In this document: positions 7,741 through 16,489 of the stretch, piece after piece
Position numbering within the stretch: position 1 is the stretch's first letter
Layout: each line of letters opens with the position of its first letter
From: Candidatus Obscuribacterales bacterium
GTDB lineage: Bacteria; Cyanobacteriota; Vampirovibrionia; Obscuribacterales; Obscuribacteraceae
DNA length: 40,288 nt
Reading direction: 5' to 3'
Assembly: GCA_965228855.1 (NCBI GenBank)
Contig: CBDDIJ010000006.1
Span: 1-40,288 of the forward strand
Notes under the pieces: generated by a model
What the model saw: the letters and a program-made list of their open reading frames with translations, nothing else
Told to the model about the DNA's origin: nothing
Database searches by the model: none
Translations under genes and position numbers: made by a program

Positions 7741-10700
7741 CTAATCCGCGACGAGAGCGGCATCCCGCATCTCCACCCCACCGTAGCTACCGATGTTCCA
7801 GAACGGCCGGATGCCATCATGAGGGAAATAAAGCGGTTTGACCTCATATGGGGATGTTGCCAGCGGCGCGACGTCCAGGCTTGTTTCGAAGCGCTCCCGC
7901 GCGGCAAACCAGATCGGCAAGAATCTTTCGTCGTCAAATTTGTCGATCTGCTCATAGGGCCAAGGCTTACCTGCGTGGTCCAGCAACCAGCGGGTAGCGC
8001 TTTTCAACCCTGCACCTTCCGGTGTGCTGTAGTTCCACAAATCCACCCCCCAACGCGTCCCGAGCTCAGCCAGATTGACCCAGCTCTGCAGATTAAAGCA
8101 GCAGTAATGTGCTGTCGTCTTACGCTTCAACTCATCGGGCTGGGCGCCTTCGGGCGTAAACTGCTGCGCTATACGAGACTGCGCCCGGGCGAGAGTATCA
8201 TACAAAACACCTCTCTCTCCGATGAAGGCGGCAATTGCGGCAACCTGCAAATCGTAGCAAGTTCCGTGATTGTTTTCCGCCGTGCGTTCGGCCTTGCCTT
8301 GGCGCGAAGACAGCAACCATTTCAGATAGGTACCAAGCCAATCCCGGAATGCGTCACTGCTGGCGGAGGCCAACGCCCCCGCTTCCTCTATCAGCCTGAC
8401 GGCATCGAGATAGTAGTACATGTCTTTCATCTCGATCAGACCCGTGGGCGCGCCTTCATTCCCATCATGCCCCATGCGAACCTGGCCGTATTTCAGGTGA
8501 GGCTTCATGCGCGTGTCCCTATTTACAAAGAACCGCTCAAGAATTTTCGCTCCGTGGTCGGCGTATCGCTTCTCCCCGAAAACCTTCGACGCAAGTGCCA
8601 ATGTGAAAGAGTCATCAAAAACACGTTGCAGGCGCGTTCGATCGTATTTCTCGCTATCGGGGTCGTACATGCCGGTGCCGGGAACCCGCTCGCCATCCTT
8701 GCGAATGTAGGGCAGTCCATCGGGCTTTTTCGGATCAGGCCACCAATAAGGCGCAGGATGCCAATAGTCCTGTCTGTTTCCGCTCGGAGGCAACGTCGTC
8801 TTGTCCGTGACGGAATAGAGGCCTCGAGAAAGTGCCTCCTCGGAAGCGCGGCGCAACGCCTCCGCAACCGGAGAGATCTCCGGCAGACGGCGGCCTGCAA
8901 CCTCTCGCGCAACCACATCCGACCGAAGCGAAACGCATCTCGATTCCGCCGCCTCGCTCAGGGTTGCATCCAGCGTCTGCAATGTCTCCAGAACCGCGTC
9001 GGCTCTCGCCACATGCCTTCTTTCGGCGCCGCCGACGTCTTGTGTTTCCAGTTCTTCAACGCCGGAAAACATACGCGCAACCCACCCCGCCACACCGAAC
9101 TGTCGGGCCTCCCGGGAGACCGGCCTGCGCTCCCTGTCCCAAGCATCGTCCTTGTATTCGTCCCATTTCCCGGCAATCTGGAGTCGCCAGAAAAGTTCCA
9201 CCTTCGGTCGCCTGCCGTAGCAGAAGTCCTCGTCAAAGCTTTCCGCAGCATCCTTCCGGAAGAGAACCTGAGGCTCTTCGCGAGGCTCCGCAGCAAAGGC
9301 GTCAGAGAGCAAAGCCTCGTTTGACGTCACACGCGTCATCGGCACGACAAAATATTTCAGATGTGCGTTCTGAATAACATTCGAACACAATTCGTCCCAC
9401 GCAGTTTGCGTAAAGAAGCAATTCCCGTCGAAGGGGAGAATCCACTTCGCTTTTTCCCGACCACTTTTCAGCGCAAGGTTACGGGCACCATTGTTATTCA
9501 TCACGTAGTTGTTCTTGAGCCGGTAGAGAGCCATCCGAAGCCTTTGCCTGCGCAACGGCTCAAACGAGTTGATATATCTGGCTGTGAGCAGGTCCGGCCT
9601 GCTCATGGCTGACATATCGAAACCTATACGCCGGTATTCCTCTGGATCGAATGGCACAACCTCATAGGAAGCACCGGATGCATCGAGAAGATCCACAATC
9701 TTTCTTTTCTCAGAAGGACCGACAATACGGTTGACGATATAGCGCTTCTCGCACCCAGGAAGCTCCTTCTCATTCTCGAGAATGAACTTGAGGTTCTGTC
9801 TGGATTGCCCGAGAGCGTGGCGCGGGTGAAGATCGTTGCCGATGATGCGATAGAGTACAAACTTGTCTTCCTCGCGATCTAATCCCCTCTCGATATATTC
9901 CTTCTTCAGCCTCTCAAGCTCCTCCTGCGACAACCGTTCGCGATAGAAAGCGGACGCAGCGGGAGCTCCAGACGCCCCCTCGCTCTCCGATGAGCCGGCA
10001 GAATCCCATTTCACGAAGTAGGCAGAGGCCAATGGCTCCAGCTTATCGAGAGGCGCCAGCCCGTCGAAGCCCGACCGGAACCGCTGGTGAAACAGCGTCT
10101 TGTCCTCCGGCACATTTTCCTTAAACACCTTTTTTGCGTCGTTCTCGAGCAGCAAGCAACGAGGATCATAAACCAGCTGATCCGTCACTCGCGCGATTAC
10201 CGTCAATTCGTTGTCGGCCTTGTGGGCGCGATAGCCGGGAAACAAAACAGCCCCCCCGTAAAGCGACCTGACCCAATCGAGGCGAACCATTCCGAAAGCG
10301 GCTACCCGTCCTCGCCATTTTCCGCAATTGAAGGCGAGCAACCCCTTACCGGTCTCCTCCATCCGGCTATGCGCTTCCTTGAGCCAATCGACACCACCAA
10401 AAGAATCTTCAGCAAGATACACAACGTATTTCACTCTAAGCCGAGAAACAGTCTCATTCAGAGTACGAATGAACCCCTGCCTGACAGTATCATCAACGAT
10501 GAAGAATTTAGCTTCGATACCAGACCTGTTCATAAGCAAGCGGGCCGTGCTCAACGCCTTATGCTGGTCTATGCATGGCATGACGACCGCAATTCCGTTC
10601 GGATCGTCCCACGACAGCTCCTCGACGTCGGCAACGTCAACGAGATGGATTGAATCATCGGACGGTGAATAGGGCTCGCCGTCCCGCGCACGAATTTTCC

Positions 10701-13700
10701 GAAGATTGAGGTATTCGTCCTTGTAGGGCTTGACCTCAGGCCAGCGAAACCGCGCATCGAAGCTCTTGTGAAAGCGTTCGTAAAACAGGTCCCGATCCTC
10801 AGGTGTCCAATTTGCGTGTCCCCCGCCCTCTTCGTTGTACGATGTTTTCTTCTCATCTATCTCCACCAGGACGCAATCTGGATTGTAGATAAACTCGTCC
10901 TGGATCCGCGCAATAACGGTCAGTTCATTGTCAGCCTTGTGTGATTTGTATCCTTCGAAGAAAATCGTCCCCCCATAGACACCTCTGCTCCAGTCACTAC
11001 GAACCATCCCGAAAGCAGCTATGCGGCCGTCCCACTTCCCGCAATTGAAAGCTAAAAGCCCCTTGCCGGATTTCTCCATAGTCTCGTGAGCTGTCTTCAA
11101 CCAATCCGTGCCCGCAAAAGCGTCTTCCGCCAAGTATACGAGATACTTTACCTCCAGCCGGGCAGCGACATCGTTCAGGGTATGTATGAATCCCTGTCGC
11201 AGCGTATCTAATGCAATGAAGACTGTCGTTTTCATTCCCGCGCGGCGCACCAGCAGGCGCGCCGTCTGAAGGGCGCGACCAGCATCGATACTGGGCATGA
11301 CGATGGCAATGCCTTCAGCATCGCGATGCCGAAGGCGCCCAATGTTCCGAACATCGATTATCTCAATCGAAGAATCTTCTTCGGCCGTTCCAAGATCAGG
11401 TGCTGCAGGGCCCAACGCTTCAGCAATAGTTTGTGAACGAACAACCGGGACACTCACCAGGTCATGTCCTTCCGATCCGGTGATCAAATCCGAAACTTCG
11501 CCCGTCTGCCTCCTGTAAAACTCATTGAAGCGGTCAAGGAATGCTTTGGCCGCAGGAAGCGGTCCTCTCACCTCACGCAAAGCACGATAAGCCGTGAGAA
11601 AAAAATTAGACCGTGCCGCCGGATAGGAAAACTGGCGGCGAAAGAGCTTGCCACTCGCTTCGCGCATCCTCTCCGTCTTTTCGGGATCATCAAATATTTC
11701 GCAGACGACTTTCTTCATTGCGTCCCAGTCGCCGAAAGGAACCAGACGCAAATATCCTTGCCGTGCCAAGTCGCCGAGATCCGAAATATCGTTAGCGATA
11801 ATGGAAGGCCCCATAGCAAAAGCATCGGTCGCCTTATAGGGCATCTGATAGTGACTGGCGGGCACCTCCGGATCGAGCCACAAGATGACAAGGTCTGCTG
11901 CCAGATTGATGCGAGCCATCGCCTCCCGATCTTGCGGCGGCATGACCTTCACCCGCTCGCCATATTTGTCGACAAGCTTCTTTTGATCCGGAGTCGGACG
12001 CGAACCGACAAAAAGAAGCTTGTAGCGTGGGTCGTCCAGCCTCTCCACGAGTTCCACAAGCTCGTATATGCCTTTGTGTTTGCGCAGCAAACCGCCAAAC
12101 AGAATTACTCGATCATCCGGACCTATTCCAAGATCACGCCTCACCTTGGCGCGGTCATAAGACTTCGGATCGTAAACCCTTTCATCCTTCAGATTGCGCA
12201 TATAGAGGCAATTGCCTCCGAAATGCGCGTCGATATTCTTATTGTGGGTGAGAAGAACCGGAAGCTGCTTCGCTATCGGGTCCATGATACTCGACCAAAG
12301 GTCTCCGTATGGGGAAGCGAGATTCTTGTCCGCGAGATCGGCGCTTTCAAATTCCGCCTCGGTATGACGGTCTTCACTCTTCGGCGAGCTTACAACTGTT
12401 TCCAGGTCGTTGATCTCTAGGACAATAGGTGTACCGCGAAGTGCGTTGACCAACAAGGCAACACCAAGACTCGGCAAGCGTGGCTTCACGACATAAATCA
12501 GATCGCCATCGATTGCATCGACCGCCCGCTTCATCGAATCGAAGAAGTCTGGAAAGTCCGTGCCCGGCAGATATATCGTTTCGAATTTAGGCTCCACGCC
12601 TTTCAGTGGTGGAAATATTTCCTCTTCGAAAAACCTGAATGAAACGAGCTGAACCTCGTATTCTTCGCTCAAAGCCTCCGCCAAGGCGAAAGGCTTCGAG
12701 AAATGGTTTCGGCACATATCCCACGACAGTATCGTGACTTTTTTTACGGGACGTATGGAAGCCTCGGGCAAACCTCTTTCGATATAGACTGCAACGCTAT
12801 TGTTTATGATCGAAACGCAAGATTCGTCTGCCTGCTGCGCTGTAGTGATCTGATTGAGGCTTTCATTTCTCTGGTAGAGCGCGAGGGGCTCCTCAACAAA
12901 CAAGGGGTCTCGAAGCCAGGTATATTTGATTATCAGGTCGTAGTCCTGACGGCGTGTAAGCCGATCGTCGAATCCTCCGAAACAATCATATAGCTCTCTT
13001 CGGTGAACAAACGTATTCAGGTCAATGAAGTTCTTCATCAGCAAGCGCTCATGGTCGAACGGCTTTGCCGAATAGTCCTTTATAGAGTTCACACCCTCTC
13101 TATCCACTTGGTAGTCAATATAGCTAGAGCGTGCGGATGAGCTTCCTGGCCGCTCAAGCAAAGCAAGAACCAACCGCGAAAGAAAAGAGGGGTGCCAGCA
13201 ATTATCGCTATCGAGATAAGCGATCAGGTCGCCCCTTGCGCGCGCCAGTCCTCTGTTGCGCGCCGCCGCCGCACCCGACTTGGGAAGACTCAAATAGCGA
13301 ATTCGATTCCGATCGAACCGCTTGATAACATCTGCCGTATTGTCGGTGCTGCCGTCATCACAAATGATCAGTTCCCAATTGGAATAACTCTGATCGAGTA
13401 CACTCTGAATTGCCTCTTCTATTATGGCGGCCCGATTGAAGGTCGGCATAATTATGCTGACAAGTGGCTTTTCTTGATAATTTTCTAGGCGCGCAACCGC
13501 GTCGCGAAGCTTCGCCTCGCTCCGCTCGAAAGCTTTGGCAAAATCCGCGGGAAAGCCGTCAGATAAGACCTGTCGCAATTTCCGGCCAAAGATACCCGCC
13601 TGAACGTCTGGATGAAGAACGCGTTGAACAAGCTCTCGTCCTGCGTCCTTTCCGCCTTTGTTCGACCAAACCTGTTCGCTACCAAACGCTCCGCCTACGA

Positions 13701-15540
13701 TCTTTCCCGACTGCACTGCGTGTATGAGGGGGTTCGTGCGACCCGCAAGTTCCGGATGTTCCTTCAAATAAGCAGCCGTGTTGAACCAACGGCTCGGGTC
13801 ACGCCCCTCTTCTGCGCCATGTAACAGATAGTGCTCGAGAGGGTTTAGCCCCGCTTCGGCAACATCAGAATATTGGCTCAGATACCATTGCGCGTCGAAC
13901 GCCGGGTGAGGTTGCCGCCCCTCATGACCTCCCGATACCAAGAAATGTTCGAGCGGATTGAGCCCCGCGTCCGCGACATCCGGGTTTCGCTCGAGATACA
14001 TTTCCGTATTGAAAAGGGAATGTGGATCGCGCCCCTCCGAGGCACCAAAAATCAGGTAGTGGGTTTCCGGAGCCATACCGCTTTGGGCAACATCAGGATT
14101 TTTTTCAAGATACCACTCTGCATCAAAGAGTGGTGATGCTTCTAGACGCTTCTGACGCCACGCTAGGCTGACCCCCTCTCCGACAAGCGGCAGAGACCAA
14201 AGCAACGACAGCGAAAACCTTTCCGCCTGCTGCAGCCTTTTCTTGACTCCGTTCACCCCTGTTGCCCCGGATGCTGCGTCTGAAGCCAACCTCTCATCCA
14301 TCTTGGCCAAGGTCGCATTTCGGGGACGGTTCCAGATATTTCCTCTCCACAGCCTGGCCGCGAGCCATCCGCTCAACGGGCGCAGCCTCGCCAGATCGTC
14401 CAGCAGAACCTGGGCTAATCGCTCGAACTGCGTTTCCGACTTCTCTGTGGCCGCAAGTTTTTTTTGATAAACTTCATTTTGCCGTTCTTGGCGAGCCAAT
14501 GCTTCCTTCAGCGCTTTCTCTTTTTCTCTCTGCTTTTCACCTTCGGACTGCAGTATCCTTATCCGGTGAAGCGCTTCGCTGCGCTCCCTCTTGTATTCTC
14601 CAGCCCTTTCCTGGCTCGCTTCGAGCCTTTCCTTGACTGTGCGGTTCATCTCGCGCAAAGCCGAGAGCGTTTCTTCGTCTGCCTCGAACTCTCTCAATAT
14701 GGTCGAAGCGCGATTTGAAAGACGCGGCAGTTCAGAGAAATTTCTTCTGCGAGAGAGATTTCCCCACAGTTCGGTTTGCTCCGGCGACAGAAGCGCAAGG
14801 TCCTCGTCGCCGCTTGCTCGCTCACGACGAAGCGATCCCTGTACGGATTGTATCGCTGCCTCCAGATTGAGGCCTCGGACACCTCTTTCAGCGAGCTCAC
14901 TTGCCAGCTTCCCGAGCGTTTCCTCCGGCACGGTAACGAGGTCATCATAGTCGACGAACAGATGATCGAGGTGCAATCCGTATCGAAGCGCCGAAACAGT
15001 ATAAGCTTCCCAGAGGGCGAGCCCTCCCTGAAGCCGAAACCCATTTCTCCGTCGGAGAGATTTCGCAATTTCAACAGGGTGTCTGGTGACGTAGATGACC
15101 AGAGGATCAACTAACGCACTCTGAAATATCGGCAGGAGGAGGCAAAGGCGCGGCTCCTTGAGTGCCCAAGTGCCTTGTTCATTCAGTTCCGAGAGCAATT
15201 TTCGTATGGCCGGCCGGGCCTTCTGAACGATGTCGAAATTGATATTGTCGGGATCAAAATTGCTGATCTTCCACCAATCGGCACCCGAGTTGTGGAGAAG
15301 CATATCGCATATCTCGCGCGCGTCGCGCCGTTCGAAAAAGCCCTTCTGGTTTTGCCAGTTCGTAGGGGTCAATTCCTCCTCGTCGCCAACATGAACCCCC
15401 ATGCTCGCGAGCGCGCCCGTCAACGCGGAAGTTCCGGACCGATGCATTCCGAGGACCACGATTTGACGATTGCTCCTCGTTCTCCCTGCCTCCTCGCTTG
15501 GCAAGGTGCCTGTCTGCATTTCTTCGCCGTCATTATTCAT
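7741..15540 (-). CDS. Giant (~2600 aa) multidomain glycan enzyme: sulfotransferase, coiled coil, 38-aa repeats, GT2, GT4, two GT-A-like modules, unknown domain, alginate lyase family domain
   Basis: Uninterrupted ORF 7741..15597 with likely starts at ATG 15540 or 15519. Motifs in order: VVLGMHRSGTS/LKEPR; FDAEWY repeats; PLVSIIMPTFNRA..ICDDGSTD..AYLDSD..QDYD; ILFGG..HKG..ADLV..PYKATDAFAMG; duplicated IAxVMP..YLAED..HKADNELTVIAR; FVLYRIIGND..NNNGARN..LPFDGN; DYWHPAPYWWPDP..NNHGT..HYCCFNL. Confidence 0.9.
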   Translation of the reverse strand: MNNDGEEMQTGTLPSEEAGRTRSNRQIVVLGMHRSGTSALTGALASMGVHVGDEEELTPTNWQNQKGFFERRDAREICDMLLHNSGADWWKISNFDPDNINFDIVQKARPAIRKLLSELNEQGTWALKEPRLCLLLPIFQSALVDPLVIYVTRHPVEIAKSLRRRNGFRLQGGLALWEAYTVSALRYGLHLDHLFVDYDDLVTVPEETLGKLASELAERGVRGLNLEAAIQSVQGSLRRERASGDEDLALLSPEQTELWGNLSRRRNFSELPRLSNRASTILREFEADEETLSALREMNRTVKERLEASQERAGEYKRERSEALHRIRILQSEGEKQREKEKALKEALARQERQNEVYQKKLAATEKSETQFERLAQVLLDDLARLRPLSGWLAARLWRGNIWNRPRNATLAKMDERLASDAASGATGVNGVKKRLQQAERFSLSLLWSLPLVGEGVSLAWRQKRLEASPLFDAEWYLEKNPDVAQSGMAPETHYLIFGASEGRDPHSLFNTEMYLERNPDVADAGLNPLEHFLVSGGHEGRQPHPAFDAQWYLSQYSDVAEAGLNPLEHYLLHGAEEGRDPSRWFNTAAYLKEHPELAGRTNPLIHAVQSGKIVGGAFGSEQVWSNKGGKDAGRELVQRVLHPDVQAGIFGRKLRQVLSDGFPADFAKAFERSEAKLRDAVARLENYQEKPLVSIIMPTFNRAAIIEEAIQSVLDQSYSNWELIICDDGSTDNTADVIKRFDRNRIRYLSLPKSGAAAARNRGLARARGDLIAYLDSDNCWHPSFLSRLVLALLERPGSSSARSSYIDYQVDREGVNSIKDYSAKPFDHERLLMKNFIDLNTFVHRRELYDCFGGFDDRLTRRQDYDLIIKYTWLRDPLFVEEPLALYQRNESLNQITTAQQADESCVSIINNSVAVYIERGLPEASIRPVKKVTILSWDMCRNHFSKPFALAEALSEEYEVQLVSFRFFEEEIFPPLKGVEPKFETIYLPGTDFPDFFDSMKRAVDAIDGDLIYVVKPRLPSLGVALLVNALRGTPIVLEINDLETVVSSPKSEDRHTEAEFESADLADKNLASPYGDLWSSIMDPIAKQLPVLLTHNKNIDAHFGGNCLYMRNLKDERVYDPKSYDRAKVRRDLGIGPDDRVILFGGLLRKHKGIYELVELVERLDDPRYKLLFVGSRPTPDQKKLVDKYGERVKVMPPQDREAMARINLAADLVILWLDPEVPASHYQMPYKATDAFAMGPSIIANDISDLGDLARQGYLRLVPFGDWDAMKKVVCEIFDDPEKTERMREASGKLFRRQFSYPAARSNFFLTAYRALREVRGPLPAAKAFLDRFNEFYRRQTGEVSDLITGSEGHDLVSVPVVRSQTIAEALGPAAPDLGTAEEDSSIEIIDVRNIGRLRHRDAEGIAIVMPSIDAGRALQTARLLVRRAGMKTTVFIALDTLRQGFIHTLNDVAARLEVKYLVYLAEDAFAGTDWLKTAHETMEKSGKGLLAFNCGKWDGRIAAFGMVRSDWSRGVYGGTIFFEGYKSHKADNELTVIARIQDEFIYNPDCVLVEIDEKKTSYNEEGGGHANWTPEDRDLFYERFHKSFDARFRWPEVKPYKDEYLNLRKIRARDGEPYSPSDDSIHLVDVADVEELSWDDPNGIAVVMPCIDQHKALSTARLLMNRSGIEAKFFIVDDTVRQGFIRTLNETVSRLRVKYVVYLAEDSFGGVDWLKEAHSRMEETGKGLLAFNCGKWRGRVAAFGMVRLDWVRSLYGGAVLFPGYRAHKADNELTVIARVTDQLVYDPRCLLLENDAKKVFKENVPEDKTLFHQRFRSGFDGLAPLDKLEPLASAYFVKWDSAGSSESEGASGAPAASAFYRERLSQEELERLKKEYIERGLDREEDKFVLYRIIGNDLHPRHALGQSRQNLKFILENEKELPGCEKRYIVNRIVGPSEKRKIVDLLDASGASYEVVPFDPEEYRRIGFDMSAMSRPDLLTARYINSFEPLRRQRLRMALYRLKNNYVMNNNGARNLALKSGREKAKWILPFDGNCFFTQTAWDELCSNVIQNAHLKYFVVPMTRVTSNEALLSDAFAAEPREEPQVLFRKDAAESFDEDFCYGRRPKVELFWRLQIAGKWDEYKDDAWDRERRPVSREARQFGVAGWVARMFSGVEELETQDVGGAERRHVARADAVLETLQTLDATLSEAAESRCVSLRSDVVAREVAGRRLPEISPVAEALRRASEEALSRGLYSVTDKTTLPPSGNRQDYWHPAPYWWPDPKKPDGLPYIRKDGERVPGTGMYDPDSEKYDRTRLQRVFDDSFTLALASKVFGEKRYADHGAKILERFFVNRDTRMKPHLKYGQVRMGHDGNEGAPTGLIEMKDMYYYLDAVRLIEEAGALASASSDAFRDWLGTYLKWLLSSRQGKAERTAENNHGTCYDLQVAAIAAFIGERGVLYDTLARAQSRIAQQFTPEGAQPDELKRKTTAHYCCFNLQSWVNLAELGTRWGVDLWNYSTPEGAGLKSATRWLLDHAGKPWPYEQIDKFDDERFLPIWFAARERFETSLDVAPLATSPYEVKPLYFPHDGIRPFWNIGSYGGVEMRDAALVAD
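10061..11380 (-). repeat. Intragenic tandem duplication of a ~200-aa module (copy A ~10760-11380, copy B ~10061-10660)
   Basis: Collinear shared blocks: GIAxVMPxID, TARLL, RQGFIxTLN, VKYxVYLAED, GKGLLAFNCGKWxGRxAAFGMVR, HKADNELTVIAR, PEDxxLFxxRF. Confidence 0.95.
13714..14130 (-). repeat. About 3.6 tandem 38-aa (114-nt) coding repeats, consensus F[DN]xxxYLxxxPDVAxxGxxPxxHYLxxGxxEGRxP
   Basis: Units start at 14130, 14016, 13902 and 13788 on the minus strand; the last is partial. Confidence 0.92.
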
Positions 15541-15611
15541 AAAGCGACTCTGACAATTTCTTGCACGTATGGACCTGCGGACGCAGCCGTCTTTCAAAGA
15601 TGCAACACGAA

Positions 15612-15637
15612 ACGCAACCGCCTCTTCGGCGGTGCGT
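15612..15637. promoter_or_regulatory. GC-rich hairpin with an ops-like arm in the divergent intergenic region
   Basis: ACGCAACCGCC-TCTTC-GGCGGTGCGT (10-bp stem, one bulge). The minus strand reads GGCGGTTGCGT, one mismatch from ops GGCGGTAGCGT. Function is inferred only. Confidence 0.3.
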
Positions 15638-15884
15638 ATGTCCTTACCAACTCTAAGGCTGTGTTACCCTCTGTTCCCCCAAGGGAATTTATCAATCGAA
15701 TGATCAAATCTTCAATAGCCGGATGCCCCCAAGTATCAACGAGTTTAGCTTGACCTCTCTATAAGGGTAAGCGAAAGATCGGCGAGCAAAATGCTCTAGC
15801 CGCGCTCAAGTTTGACGCTGCGAAGGTACTGAGTTTTTCTCATCGGGCTATAATCCTTACCCTGACGTGGATGCCTTTTTACTA

Positions 15885-16454
15885 ATGATCGAATGCATTC
15901 CTACAGTAATTCCTGCCGTAAAAGTGTTGATTCCACGGCGTCATGGCGATGCGCGGGGTTATTTCAGCGAAACCTTCAATCGGCGCGCCATGGCCGATGC
16001 GGGCGTCGATCTCGATTTTCTGCAGGACAATGAGTCACTCTCGGCCATGACGGGCACGATCCGGGGATTACATTTCCAGAACCCTCCCTTTGAACAGACA
16101 AAGCTTGTTCGAGTGCTGACAGGCGCGATATTGGATGTGGCTGTCGATCTGCGTGCGAACTCTCCCACCTATGGGAAACATGTCGGTGTCCGGCTGAGCG
16201 CAGAGGAAGGTAACCAACTCCTGGTACCTGCGGGATTCGCCCACGGGTTCTGCACACTTACCCCCAACACACGCGTTTTTTACAAGGTTGATCGCTATTA
16301 CTCGGCGGCTCATGATGCGGGCTTGTTCTGGAACGATCCGGACATCGGAATTGAATGGCCGGTCGCCGACGCCGATGCGGTCCTTTCGGAGAAGGACATG
16401 CACCTACCGGCCTTCGCCGACTTCAAAAGCCCGTTTACGTTCCAGGGCGCGTGA
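15885..16454 (+). CDS. rmlC: dTDP-4-dehydrorhamnose 3,5-epimerase
   Basis: [47 protein letters not shown] and LSEKD. ATG at 15885 (alternative GTG at 15867). Confidence 0.97.
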   Translation: MIECIPTVIPAVKVLIPRRHGDARGYFSETFNRRAMADAGVDLDFLQDNESLSAMTGTIRGLHFQNPPFEQTKLVRVLTGAILDVAVDLRANSPTYGKHVGVRLSAEEGNQLLVPAGFAHGFCTLTPNTRVFYKVDRYYSAAHDAGLFWNDPDIGIEWPVADADAVLSEKDMHLPAFADFKSPFTFQGA

Positions 16455-16489
16455 TTCCGGCGGATGTCACGCTCCAGAGGGGAGTTGAA

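Noticed and set aside
7561..9324. 587-aa plus-strand ORF
   Set aside because: It is antisense to the motif-rich lyase region of the giant gene, Arg-rich and has no recognisable motifs; a typical shadow ORF in GC-rich DNA.
13714..14130. Periodic 114-nt sequence considered as a possible CRISPR-like array
   Set aside because: The repeats are conserved at protein level, in frame and degenerate in DNA, with no repeat-spacer structure and no cas genes.
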